A stretch of 64,000 nt of DNA from Podarcis erhardii (lineage: Eukaryota). The notes beneath the pieces are model-generated. The model was given only the letters and a program-made list of their open reading frames with translations, was not told the origin of the DNA and made no database searches. A program made the translations under genes and the position numbers. Each line of letters opens with the position of its first letter. The first letter of the stretch is position 1. Below, in pieces: positions 26,373 through 38,483 of the stretch. The stretch lies in NCBI GenBank assembly GCA_964252035.1, contig OZ176203.1. One strand, written 5' to 3'.

Positions 26373-26508
26373 CTGTTCTGCAAAAATGTTGTCAAAAAGG
26401 AGAAAGAAGTCCGCCCCGTTCTTGCTGTCAAGGCCCATCTTCTCTTTAATGGTCTTCAGATCCTCCGCAATTCCTGGCTGCAGAAGAAGCACATTGGCCA
26501 GCCTCTCT
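26373..26508 (-). CDS. ACP6: ACP6 exon 6
   Basis: ttccccgacag|A GAG AGG; [45 protein letters not shown]; donor |gtacgc; 136 nt. Confidence 0.92.
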
Positions 26509-28231
26509 CTGTCGGGGAAAAACGAAAGCTTCAGAATAATGCATAAATGGTAATCTGCACAAGCTACTGTGCTTGGATCCCTCTGCTTGTTAGAAGGGGA
26601 AAAGGAGTGCAGGGCTGTTTGGCTTGAAATGATTGCTTGAGCAATAGACAACTAAATGCATCAGAATTAGTTACAAAAAAGCAAGAGGTCTTAAGCACGT
26701 GAAAATAATTTTTCCTTAGTTGACTCGGATCTTTTTCAGGGCAAATAACTAAATAGCTCTTGCCTCACTAGGGAAGATGTTAATGACCAATGGCACCCCA
26801 GATGTTGCTGGATCCCACCTCCCATCAGCCAGCATGGCCAGGAGTGATGGAATTTGAGAGCCCAGCAATATCTGGAAGGGACCACAGGTTAGCTGCACCA
26901 TTGTACAAGAGTAGCCTATGGACAGGGGCACCAAGGTGTGTGTGTGTGTGTGTGGGGTGCCGGCCATGGGCCAGGGCCATGGGGCATGCTTGCATCATGT
27001 GTGCATGCCACACTGATGTTGCACGGTCCCAGGCCCCTTGAATTGCAGGGACAAGGTGGCATGCTTGCCTACAGCCACCTTTGAAAATTCCTAGTTTTGC
27101 CACAGCTTCCCTGAAAAGGAAACTGTTACCGATGCAGTTCTTAAAAGAGAAGCAGAATTGCATATGGGGTTGTTTTAGAATATAGTGATTATAATAGCAT
27201 TGTATTGGCTCTGCCAGGAGTTAGGGAATTGGCGTTCACTCTCTGTCCCACGGGCTTTTGACACAAGCATGATCATACTTGCTTTTATTTGAGCTGACTG
27301 GGCACCAGTTACGCAGTTCACCGAATCACTAGAAGTGTCAAGCAGCATATTAGAGAGCCCTTTCCCATCATAATCCCAGAGGAGCCTACAGCAAGCACAT
27401 TAGCCGCTCCACAAAATGCAACCGGACGCTACAGTATATGTTTGGGGAAACAAATGCTATCATCTGAGCCGTTTAAATAGTCAAGCTGTGAGACACAGAA
27501 GTATGGTAGGCTACTTCGTAAGTTTTCATTCCAACTGCTTGCTTTTTAAAAATTGTTTGAAAATAGTTTATTCACAACATAGTTGGACAACTGCTCTAAC
27601 ATACAATAAGAGCATGATTTGCTTTGGCTATTTTGTTCTCGTCTCGCAGTCTTACACGTCAGCAGCTTTTAGGCTATGGCTAGATCTCACACAGTCATTC
27701 CCTAAGGAGACTTTTGCAATGGCATAAAATGTGCAGGGAAAGAGGCAAGGTAAGAATGGCAAGCCTGGGCTTGCTTCACAGAGGAACACTGGAACTGTTC
27801 TGTGAGGGATGCAAGAAGCCAACCGCCCCCAGGAAGTCAGAAGGTGTCTTTCAGGTTCAAGCATGTATGAAGTCTCAAACTGAAGCATGTGAAAATGTGC
27901 AGCTCCCCAGCCCAGCAAACCTTTGCATGTTGACTGCACAAGTTCCTGATAAAGATGATTCTGAATGCAGCTCAATCCTTCTTGCAAAAGGAGGAGCAGG
28001 GGTGGCTAAGCTATGCTCCTCTGCCCAGTTTGAACACTTCTCACATGTTCTTTTAAATGCTTGAACAGGTCCAGAACCGTTCACAGGGTTTAGGGGAGCA
28101 CATTGCTTTTGGCAATCAACTGATGTCATGCATATAATTTAGGTCAAGGTCTTCTGAAAGGCCTTGCTGTAATAACTATTGCACCTTCTGTCTGCACAGT
28201 GGCACCAGACAGAATGTTTGTGGCAAGATAC

Positions 28232-28319
28232 CTGTTCATGACTTTCAGTCCATGGCAGTTCACTGGGTTGGGATAAAGGATTTCAGAGTCTGCTTCATCT
28301 GTAACTATGGTAATGGGTC
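28232..28319 (-). CDS. ACP6: ACP6 exon 5
   Basis: cttgtacag|GA CCC ATT; PITIVTDEADSEILYPNPVNCHGLKVMN; donor AG|gtatct; 88 nt. Confidence 0.94.
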
Positions 28320-29303
28320 CTGTACAAGACAAAAAAACATTGAATGCACTTGCAATTCATGGTTTAAAGTTTCGGGCTGTTAAGAATTAATTCAAACACA
28401 TCTTGTACTGATTTAAAATAGTTTATAATCCTAGGACAATCTCTTACCCATCTCGACCCTCATTTGTGCAAAGCTCATTAGGGAACTTCCCCTGCACTTG
28501 GGAGCATACAAGTCTATGCTCCCAATTACATTTGTGCTTCAAGCAAACATTAAATCATGCCTGCAAACTAATAAGGCAAGAGCCCACTGTGCTAAATGCT
28601 CAGCAAAGCACACTTATTAACACATGCCTTCAGATACTTGTTGGTGATATATTCTGCTCTTACACAGAACGACTTACACCACATGATTCTCTTACTTGTA
28701 AATTAATTTACACCACAGCATGCCATTATCTTAATCAAAGCAGTTTGTAACAGCCACCGTTGTAAACATTGGGGTTTACAAAACCAGAAGTAAGCGCAGC
28801 GCTCTTCCCTTCCTAATCATTTCCCAATAATCAGGTTTAACACAATAAGAGTTTCTGCAAGAAATAGTGGTTTATGCACAAATGTTTTGGTAGCAGAACT
28901 TTGCAATTTTCTTAATCCTAGTATCAAAACTTTTGAGATTTAACTTGTTTGTTCCATTCTTCTTCCTGGTCTCTGTGCAGCTCCACATATAAGTTTGGTG
29001 CCTGCTCAGAGCAGCGTTTGAGAGCCGGGTCGGTTATCTGTGGCTCTCTGGATGTGGTTGGGAACTCTAGCTCCCATCCGCTCCAGCCAGCATGGGCAAT
29101 GGCCAGGGATGGTGGGAGTTTTAGTCCAGCAACATCAAGAGGACCCAAGTTACCCATCTTTCTCTAAAGCTGGGCAACTAAAGGTTTTGAATAGAGGCTC
29201 ATTCCCAACCCTCAAGGTGCATGGCACAAGCAGTATGGCCATTGCCTTCCCATTTAAGTTTTGTTCTGGCTGCCAGTTTGTAGTATCATTTCGAACCTTC
29301 TCC

Positions 29304-29436
29304 TTAGGAACATAAGAAGAGCCTGCTGGATTAGCTAAGGGCCCACCTAGTCCACAATGGCTGACCAGTTGCCTATGGGAAACCCTCAGGCAGGACCTGA
29401 GTGCAACAGTGCTCTGACCACCTGCGATTCCAAGCA
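29304..29436 (-). mobile_element. CR1-type LINE 3' tail fragment
   Basis: Reverse complement of the ggactag...gcccttagctaatccagcaggctcttcttatgttcct tail; same family as 32745-32955, 37264-37392 and 42565-42834. Confidence 0.65.
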
Positions 29437-29609
29437 AATGGGACTAATAGCTGGGTCTGCCTTCCCCAATGTGCCCCCCCCATGTTTTGAACCACAACTC
29501 TGATCATGGCAGTTGGGAAGAAGATGGAACTAGCAAATTTCCTTTTCTGCCCCCCTATTCCTTCTCATTTTTTCTCCCTGCTTTGTCTCTTTTTTTGTTC
29601 TGTAAATTT

Positions 29610-30170
29610 TGCATTTATTTATTTCAATAATATTAATAATATACCACCCCATGCCCAGAGGTCTCAGGGTGGTTTACAGAATAAAGTCAAAGTATAAAAC
29701 CACAAAATACATAATCAAAATAAAGAACAACAACCCAATACCCCCCCCCAAAGAACACATTTTAAAAGGGCATAGAATGCCAATCAAAGGCCTGGTTAAA
29801 AAGGAACGTTTTTGCCTGGTGTATAATGAAGGCGCCAGATGAACTTCCCTGGGGAGAGCATTCCACAGACAGGGGGCCACTGCAGAGAAGGCCCATTCTC
29901 GTGTTGCCACCCTCCGGACCTCTTGAGGAGGAGGCACATGAAGGAGAGTCTCAGAAGATGGTCTGAGAGACTAGGTAGGTTCATATGGAAAGAGGCGGTC
30001 CTTGAGGTATTGTGGTCCTGAACTGTTTTAAGGCTTTATAGGTCAAAACCAGGACTTTGTATTGGGGCCAGAAACTAATTGGTAGGCCAGTGCAGTCAGA
30101 CTAGGATCGGTGTAATATGCTCAGACCGTCTTGCTCCAGTGATCTACCTGGCTGCTGAATTTTCCATCTT
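29610..30170 (-). mobile_element. L2-type LINE 3' fragment
   Basis: Minus-strand frame RVATREWAFSAVAPCLWNALPREV resembles the L2 ORF2 C-terminus; AT-rich tail at 29610-29650. Confidence 0.75.
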
Positions 30171-30685
30171 CAGTTTTCAAGGGTAGTAGGGTGCAATGGG
30201 CAATGGGCATGATGCAAGTTGTGCTGACTACGGGGGTCAAGCTCTCTGCTGTATCAGAAACTTATGATGGATGTTTGCCCTGCCTGGGTAAAGGAAGGCA
30301 TGTAGAGAATACCTGCATGCATTAACAAAGGTCTGTGAAGCAGGCATGCAGCAAGAGGTATACTTGTGGGAGCAGCAGGGGTCTGGGCCCTTCTGAGGCC
30401 AGCTCTGCAACATGCTACTAGCTCCTGGGCCAGATGCAGTTGCCACGGTGAGCTCACCTACTGAAAACATTCCCAAAATGATGCAGTGCATGAGCTGCAC
30501 CCAATTGCATGACTCTATAAATAAAAGCCCACCAACACCACAAACCTTGCAAACTACATCCTCTACCCTAGGAGTTGTAGCAAGGGAGCCAACATAGCAC
30601 TCCTTTTCTGAGTAGTCACCAGTTCCTTCTAACCGTGAAATTCCTCATTTAGAGTGCAAATGTAGCCTATCAGAATCCACTAGGG

Positions 30686-30821
30686 CAGTGTTTCTCAGGC
30701 TCAGGTCCCCAGCTGTTGTTAGACTACAACTCCCATCATTCCTGGCCACTGGTCCTGCTAGATAGGGATGATGGGAGTTGTAGTCCAACAACAGCTGTGG
30801 ACCCAAGTCTGAGAAACACTG
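30686..30821. mobile_element. Palindromic hAT MITE, 136 bp
   Basis: Perfect 8-bp TSD CACTAGGG (30678-30685 and 30822-30829); TIR CAGTGTTTCTCAG...CTGAGAAACACTG; the two halves are near reverse complements. Confidence 0.92.
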
Positions 30822-30966
30822 CACTAGGGTATGGCATAATAGACAGTGATAAACAGAAGAGCCAGAATGAGAACAGTGGTGTAAAGGGCAATGATCTCTG
30901 TTAGGAGAGAAGACTCCAAGGCAGGACTGCGAACAGAGGAGCAAGGAGCTCCCCTTCATTGCTGAC

Positions 30967-31046
30967 CTTCTTTCTGCTGTTGGAACAGCCCAGCCAGCAA
31001 ACACCGCGTGGACTCCAGATTCCGAACAATGTTAGTGGAACGGACA
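30967..31046 (-). CDS. ACP6: ACP6 exon 4
   Basis: gtctttcag|T GTC CGT; [26 protein letters not shown]; donor G|gtcagc; 80 nt. Confidence 0.96.
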
Positions 31047-31359
31047 CTGAAAGACAGAAGGCAGCCAATGAAATGGGAGCACAGTGGGCTGCTCCCTGTA
31101 CAAACTGACACGGGGTGGGACTTGAGGGGTTTCAGCACTCCGAGCCACCAATATGGCAGTACCAAGCACTGCTATCTGTTCTAGCTGGAGATTCTTAACA
31201 TCAAACTGAACACAGTGGTGTGAGGGAGAAAGCAAGCAAGGACTTTGGATGAAACTTTGCTAAGGCTTATGATGCTGTGTGGGCTGGGAGGGAGCGGAAC
31301 AGTCAGCAGGAAGAGCAAGAAAGCTGTTAGGAAGGAAACTGGAGTGTTCAGAGACTCAC

Positions 31360-31490
31360 AAGACCTCAGAAGGTTTGAATGCTGGCGAGAGGAAATGGGT
31401 CTCCTCAATGTAACGTCTCCTTAGCCGTTTCCCCAGTGCAAACGTCTGCTGCATTCCTACTTTGGTCAGCTGGCCTGCATTCACTCCGCC
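31360..31490 (-). CDS. ACP6: ACP6 exon 3
   Basis: ctcttcccag|GGC GGA; [43 protein letters not shown]; donor TT|gtgagt; 131 nt. Confidence 0.96.
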
Positions 31491-31571
31491 CTGGGAAGAG
31501 AAAAGCTCTGTTGAATGGCTGAAAAAATAAACGGAGATGCAACATTTCCAAAGGAATACATGTTGGGTCAC

Positions 31572-31700
31572 CTTCAGCACTGTTTTTTTGTAGCTTTCTT
31601 CGAAAGGAGAATAAGGTCTTGGCCCACCAGCCAGGTTCGTTACTGTGTAGTCAAACTTTGTTTCGGCAGGCGTCTCCAAAAGAGCTGGGTCCCATGCCAC
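31572..31700 (-). CDS. ACP6: ACP6 exon 2
   Basis: ggaacag|GTG GCA TGG; [43 protein letters not shown]; donor AAG|gtgacc; 129 nt. Confidence 0.95.
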
Positions 31701-32744
31701 CTGTTCCAAAAACAAGGATGAAGGAAAAGAAAAAGCATTTGAGTAGGCAACTGGGACCTTCAAGTAGCTAGAAGAGGTTGACAACCCACTACTGTGGAAA
31801 ATCAAATTTATTTCAGTGGGCTTAGAGGCATGGCAAACTCTGCAAGCTTGGTGCTAAAACATCTCATTCAACGCTCAGGCTGTGCTGCTGCAAGAGGAGC
31901 GGGCAGTGACACATTTCACAATCTTCTTACTCCAGGATTTTGAAATATACAAAAACATCAATGTAGGCATACTTTCTGGGTGTGCCCATGAATGCTCTAA
32001 TGTCTTGAAAAAGAAAAAGTGGCTGCAGCCTCAGCAATGTTTTTACAATGGCAGTAGGGAGCGCTCCTACTCCCGTGTTTGGAGAAGCAGTCAGAGCATG
32101 GCAAGGCCTTCTTGGCTGACTCTGTTTTGTGTGTGTGATAAGAGGAGGAGGAGGAGCAGCAGCAGCAGCACTAGCAGCAAATAGCTTGTTCCTGTGTGTC
32201 ATTCTTAGACTTAGACTTTGTGGAGGAGCAGGAGTGGGGTCAGCCTGTGAGGAGTTTTGGGTTTGCTTTGGGGATGACTCAGAAGCCATAATGCAAAGTA
32301 TGGCATTGGGGGTGGGGGCGCAGATGGGCTTGTGAACTGGAGTCTCCGTGTCCTCACCTGTGTCTCCATCCCTTCTTTTTACCCCCTCCCACTTTGTGTG
32401 TCTTTGTCTGTTGTTCTCCTGCCTTGTGCTCGCTCTCCCTTTGTTCGGCTTCATAAGAACTGTGTTTCAATTTAATTTACTGGGTAAGCACACCTCTAAT
32501 GAAATGTGCTGCACATGCCTTATGGACACCAACATCAGGAAGTCTTGCGAAAATGGATCTCTGCAGAACTGTCAGGGCTAAAATACTATATTCAACTCTT
32601 TTGCTGGTTAAAAAGTCAACAGAGGATTGCTTGCAATTCTTTTAGTCAGGGTTACAAATACAGAGAACCAAGTCATGGTCCTTGCTCAGTGCCTCAATTA
32701 TAGCATTACCTACGGCAGGTGTTCCCACCCTGCTCAGCTGATTT

Positions 32745-32955
32745 GTGGAGGACAAGGCTATCAATGGCCACCAGCTATGGGGGCTACGTTCTACCTCCAC
32801 TGTCCGAAACAAAATACCTCTGAAGACCAGTTATGTGTGGTGAGAGCACTATTGCACTCGGGTTCTGCTTATGGTACTCCCATGGGCATCTGATGGCCAC
32901 TGTGAGAACAGAGTGCTAGACTAGATGGGCTTCATCCAGCAGGGCTCTTAAGTTA
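32745..32955 (+). mobile_element. CR1-type LINE 3' tail fragment
   Basis: ctatcaatggc...gggcatctgatggccactgtgagaacagagtgctagactagatggg...atccagcagggctctt. Confidence 0.65.
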
Positions 32956-33519
32956 TTAAACAGCTGGTCCTTAGAGGAAAAGCTGGTAAGCTGGGTGGGG
33001 GGCTCCCAATCCTGGCCCTATTCCAAGCACTTGCCTTTGGAAACTCTGCAACACAGAAAATACATATGAGGCTTGCACATATCTGGAATGTTTAAAATAT
33101 CAGGGTTTCTCTGTATTCATCCTAAGAAGCATATCTTGCCATCAATAGTTCTTGGCCACTTCCCCAGAAATTCCACTTTAAAGTGTATGAGTTTAGGAAC
33201 TTTAAAAAGAGCAATCTCAATTTCTTCACAACTGCACTTCCTACTGATCTAGGTGGTAAATCTGCCAAATCTGTTCCTCACCAGAAGTTATCACAAGTTG
33301 CTAGGTAGAGCCAAAAGAGGAACATGGTGTATAAGGAAAAATAAACACAACCATTAATTCTATTCCAGCTACAAAATCAAGAGGAAATGCAGGTGTTGGG
33401 TAAGTAGTTCATAAACTGGGTAAGTAGAAGTTGCAATGCCTTCTCTCATCACCTGTTTATGAAAGACAGTGACACAAACTTTAATCTGGTTGAAGCAGAG
33501 TGAAAAATTTCCAAATCTG

Positions 33520-33585
33520 ACTATACAGCCGCTCGGAGCCCAGCTTTGGCTGGGGAGGGCGGGCGGGCGGGCGGGCGGGATATAA

Positions 33586-33627
<42 letters not shown>
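33520..33627 (+). repeat. L2-like tail with expanded (GGGC)n and (AAT)n repeats
   Basis: GGGGAGGGC(GGGC)4GGG at 33552-33579, TATAAA at 33581-33586, then about 12 AAT units. Confidence 0.8.
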
Positions 33628-35639
33628 TACAGGCTGGTTGATGTTCACTGCTATCCTGCACTGATGCAAATGCATGTTTATGCATGCATCTCCTGAAGTT
33701 AAAAGGGCAAGAGGCAAGCACCCCAATCAAATTATTTATAGTACTTGGTTAGTTAGCCTATGGGTTGGTAACATTCAAGATAGGAGGAGATGCACAAAAC
33801 AAGGCTATAGAGAATTAGCACTATAAATGAGTGACTATTCTCACTCATCAATAGGCACATAACATACAATTTTGAATATCGCAGGGGTTGTATTCCAACT
33901 TCCTTCAGCATGGCCAGTGGTCAGGGATGATGATGGGAATTGTTGTCCAGCAATGTCTGCAGGACTGCACACTCCCCATCTCTGGCATACAGTTGTATTT
34001 ACACCTTCCAGCACTCACTATTTGGGGCTGCAGCACCCAGCTGGTAATGAAGGAAGCATCTCATTGTTGACAGGCAGCAGAGCAGCCCAAGCTAGCACAC
34101 CCCACCAGTATGAATGGCAGGCATTAAGCAAGTGACCACAATAGAGTTGACCTCACATGGAGCTCACTCCCTTAGCTCTGCAGCAGCCCACATTTTAACA
34201 TAATTCCCACGTTTGTTTCCATGTTCTCTAAATTTTATAGAATGCCAAGGCATTCTGGGGCAAATATCCACTTTATCAGATTGTGGGTTGGCGGTATGCA
34301 GGTGTATTATTGCTGTACCTTCTGTACTTTGGCCTGCGTTCCGCTTGGTGGCTACTGGCACTGAGCAAAGCCAAAATTTCCACCTATGCTTCCTTCACCT
34401 GCTGCCTCGTGAAAATGCCCACACTGATAGCCCTGAGCTAGTAAGCTCAGCAATCTCTGCTGCTCCTCGGACCACTTCTGCTTCCTCCAACCTGCTCCTG
34501 GTGTGCCAAATGGCTTTTTAGCTCAGCTGGGAAAAAAAGTGCAGCACCTTCTTTAGGAATTGATTGCTGTTAACACCAGGAATTTCCAAGCCCAGGGCAT
34601 CATCGGCCCCACTAGTATTTCTGCATGAACATGCCTGATAATTATTTGACAAGCTGCTGCTTTTCATGCCAATTTACAGCACTGGGTTATAAATGCATTT
34701 TTTAAAATCACAGGGGCATAATACCTGGTTGGGTTGTTACAAAGATTAGTGAAACAATGTAGCAGAGATGCTTTAAACACTTAAGGACACAATATTAACA
34801 TGTTCTTTTAAACCCACCCCCCCTTTTACCACTATCACAACCAGGCACCCCCAACTAGCTGTGTCCCCCCCCCCAGTGTGATCTTGGCTGAGACTTGCCT
34901 GTGTTGCCCAGATCCAGGGGCAGCATCAGAGGGGGAGGTACCAGGGGGCTACACTCAAAGCCCCCACTTGCAGAGCCTCCTGGCCCTGCTGGACCTCCTT
35001 TTGTCATTGCCCACCTGCCCTCTTAGGAACAGGAAAGTTTCAAAGCATCAGTTGTGGATGGAGGAAGTCCGCAGTTCAACCCTGGGCATTTCCTGGTAGG
35101 ACTGGGGAAAGCTCCTGCCTGAAGCATAGCCAGTGTGGACAACGCATCAGTGGTCTGACTCTGTAGATCTTCCTAGCCATCAAACAGGAGAGCAAAAGGG
35201 ATCCCCACCTTGTGCTTCCCACTTGGGTGGTTGTGTGGATGGGTGGGTGTGTGTGTGCGCGCACGCATGCAAGTAAATAGACATCGGTTGTGTGTGTGCT
35301 GGGGTGCTGACTTGAATAAAATACGGGGGGGGCAGGTGAGCCCCACGCCCATATAACTGATCACAAGGCACTGCAGACACACATACTATTTGAATCACAA
35401 TGCCCATCAACTTGGGGGGGGCAGGCACCTCAAATACTTATATAATATTTTATTGGGGGGACCTAGGAGTTGGCACCTATGGCAGGGGCAAGAAGCCAAG
35501 AGGGGTCGAGCCAACCCAGGGAGGGGGTATATTGCTGAATGTCGTCCCCCCACCCAAAGCTGATGCTTCCCCCATGGCCCTTGTTATTGGGAAGGGCCAG
35601 AGGGAAAGGGAAGAGGCATGTATGCATTGACTGCATTAT

Positions 35640-36600
35640 TTCTGCCTGGGGTTCAAGGCGGCATAGATGGTTTCCCCTCTCCCCATTCCATCCCGACGAC
35701 GACCCTGGGAGGCAGGTTCGGCTGGACGGTAGGCACTGCCTGGCCCAAGGTGACCCGCTGGTGGCCGAGTGGGAGGGCCAGCCCTGCTCTGCCAGCTGCG
35801 CCCCTCTCCTTCCAACCCCGGGCGGGAGCCCCCCTCACCTGCTCCACATCGGGGATGGGTCTCAGCGGAGTGCGGGCGCCGTGCCGGAAAAGAACCTGCA
35901 CCAGCTTCAGCTCCAGCGGGTCGTCGTCGCCGCCGCCGCTTCCGCGCGGCGCTTTGCTCCTCCTGGGCTCGGCCAGGGCTCTCCTCTTGCTCGCTACGCA
36001 GTACGCCAGGGTGCCCAAGATGCCCACGCGAGCCCACAAACTCATGCTGACGGGGCGAGGCAGGTGGAGCGGGACCCTCGTAGCGAGTCCGAGAGCGGGG
36101 CAGCTCGCCGCTTGCGCAGCTGCCGGCAGAGTTGCGAAAGCAAAAGTTGCTGCTGCTGCTGTTGCCTCACGGGAAGCCCGCCTTCCTCTTCCACCGCTGG
36201 CGCGAGGAAACGCCGAGGCTCGCGCAAGAGAGACCTCCTGCCTCCTCCCCCTTTTCAGCCACGCCGCCCGGGCGCAGCTGCTCGCCGGCAGGAGACTCGG
36301 CGCCCCCCCCCCCCAGGAGGACCCTGGGAAATGCGGTTTCTTCAGCAGGGCGCCTGCCCCGGCCAGGAGCCACCAGAAGACTACATCTCCCAGCGGGCGT
36401 CGGGGCGCTCTTTCCCAGCCGGTCACGTGTATGGCGTGGGAGTTCCCACGGCCGAGCTTGTGAGCGTGTTGCTGCCGGCGAAGTGGGAGGACAGCTTTGC
36501 CTTCGGGCTTAATCCGCCCTCTGCTTGGTCTCTGCAGCAAACAGGAGAGGCAGTGGGATCTGAGCGATGTCTCGCGTCTCTCCCCAGGGCCATTCACTGA
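35640..36600 (-). promoter_or_regulatory. ACP6: CpG island / ACP6 promoter
   Basis: Dense CpG and high GC against a CpG-poor background; spans exon 1; E-box GTCACGTG at 36422-36429. Confidence 0.85.
35839..36045 (-). CDS. ACP6: ACP6 exon 1, lysophosphatidic acid phosphatase type 6 (RHGxRxP motif)
   Basis: MSLWARVGILGTLAYC...LKLVQVLFRHGARTPLRPIPDVEQ; histidine acid phosphatase motif RHGARTP; donor CAG|gtgagg; 207 nt. Spliced CDS totals 1242 nt (413 aa). Confidence 0.96.
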
Positions 36601-37263
36601 ACCCATATGGGCGATCTTGTTGTATTCGTCTTATTTATGCTCTCCCATCTTGCTGGGTTTTGTAGTGTGTCCAGTTTTCAAATTATTAGTGAATGCGTAG
36701 GGCACTTTATTCTGCTTTGTCCAGTTAGCTGCCATTCCTTGCCTCTGGGAAGTTCTGAACACTTTCAGCCGAATCCCATGTATGTAAGTCCAAATTTGTT
36801 CAGTGGAATTTACTTGCATAAACCTTTCCCCCATGATGGGGAGGAAATGCATACTGGATTCGCAAAACATTTGTACGCGCTTTTTATAAATGTAGATTTA
36901 GAAAGGATTTCTTTAAATAGGAAGACAGGCCATTTCACCGCAGTGTGGAAGACTATGATCAACCAGCTGTGCAGGTGCTAACTGTTGATGAGCAACTTCC
37001 AAAGTCCCTGCTTTCCATTCTTAAGGTTATCGAAACTGACTTGTTCTCAGTGGCTCCAACTGAGATGTATGGGTCAACCTGTATGGGATGCCACTGAGAG
37101 GGTGGTGAGTCATAGGACCTATTCCAGATGTTGGGCTCACCAGAGGCAAGAGTTTCTGCAATATACATGCCTGCCTATCATAATATGAGCATTTCACCCA
37201 GAAAGTAATAATGCTGGCTTCTCATTTGATTATACTGGCATAGGCACACACACCTGGCAGATA

Positions 37264-37392
37264 CAGTATACTTCTGAATACCAGTTGCTGGAAACCACAG
37301 GAGGTGAGAGTGCTGCTGTGCTCAGATCCTTATTGTGGGCTTCCCATAGGCATCTGGTTGGCCTGATCCAGAAGGCCTCTTCTGTTCTTCTG
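37264..37392 (+). mobile_element. CR1-type LINE 3' tail fragment
   Basis: cttctgaataccagttgctgg...cccataggcatctggttggcctgatccagaaggcctctt. Confidence 0.6.
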
Positions 37393-37861
37393 CATGCATT
37401 CTGCATGATCTAAGCTCTTGTCAAGTCAGAGGAATGTGTCGGTGCAACCATTCATGCGCACACACCATGTATATTGCTCCATGACACTCTGACTTGCCAA
37501 GGGCTTTTCACGAATCACTGGGTGAGTGGCATGGCATGGGTGTGGGCAGGGTGGCCCAAGGCATTTGCCACCTGGGGCAAAAATGCTCCACTCCCCTGCA
37601 ATGGAGTCAGCAAACTCAGTAAGGATTGTCAAGAAGAAAGTAATCTTAGCAGGAGCGGAAGTGTTCCACAGAGCTTCATTGCTGGTTCCTCTCTGTTCTT
37701 AGAGGCCAGGGAGACCAGTGGTAAATCTGTGTCACGGAACTGGGGTGCCATGCTTTGAGGGATGCCTCATGGGTGGGCAAGGCTCTGAGTGGCGACTTAC
37801 CAAACCAGACTACTGCTCTCCTCTCAGCCCTTCTTGGAAGGGACGGAGGATAGGAACTAAC

Positions 37862-38454
37862 TGTGATGGCCTGGGACTCGGGCTCGGACTTGGAACCAGA
37901 GGAGTCTCAGTCCGCACCAGATCCTTTGCCTCAGGTGGCATCTGAACCAAGTCTGGGGCCTGATTCTGAAGAGCCCCAGTCTGCACAGGTCTCCCTGCAA
38001 CAAGCACCAGCTGGGCCGAGTCATGGGCCTGAGCCTCGTTGCCTTCAGCTGGGCCATCACTTACAGCTGCTCCACTACCAGTTGGGTCAGGAGAGGCTGA
38101 GGTGGCCTCTGGGTCTAGTAACCCACTGACATCTCCCAAGGTCCAGAGACTAAGGTCTGAGTGAAGGAGAGACCTGAGTACTTGCAGGAGGAGTGCTTGC
38201 CTTCGGGCGAGACAGGGAGGTGAGTCACTGGGGGATCAGGACCAGCCGTTACCCTGACAAAGATAAAAGGCTGTCGGATCCCGCCCCAGGTTGCTGAAGC
38301 AACATAGCTGTTTGCCAGAACCTGCCTGACCTTGCCTGGTTTCCTGCCTTGTGTCCTTCCTGCCTTGGCCCTGTCGGACTGACTCCTCACAGAACCCTTG
38401 GATACGGGACCGGACCTGGACCACGTTGCTCGGGTCACCCCCGGGCCCAGCACA
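37862..38454 (+). mobile_element. Solo LTR, 593 bp (copy 1)
   Basis: TG...CA ends, 5-bp TSD CTAAC (37857-37861 and 38455-38459), imperfect terminal inverted repeat, AP-1 site TGAGTCA 38221-38227 and TATA-like GATAAAA 38262-38268. Orientation is inferred from the TATA-like motif. Confidence 0.88.
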
Positions 38455-38483
38455 CTAACCCAAGTTGAAAGCTGCTGCCTGGC

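Noticed and set aside
31927-32454. 175-aa minus-strand ORF in ACP6 intron 1
   Set aside because: Built partly from (GGA)n/(GCA)n simple repeats; no domain or splice support.
35539-36600. Long + strand ORFs (353 aa and 281 aa) over the ACP6 CpG island
   Set aside because: Low-complexity Ala/Arg/Pro/Gly translations expected from stop-poor GC-rich DNA antisense to a real exon; no recognisable domain.
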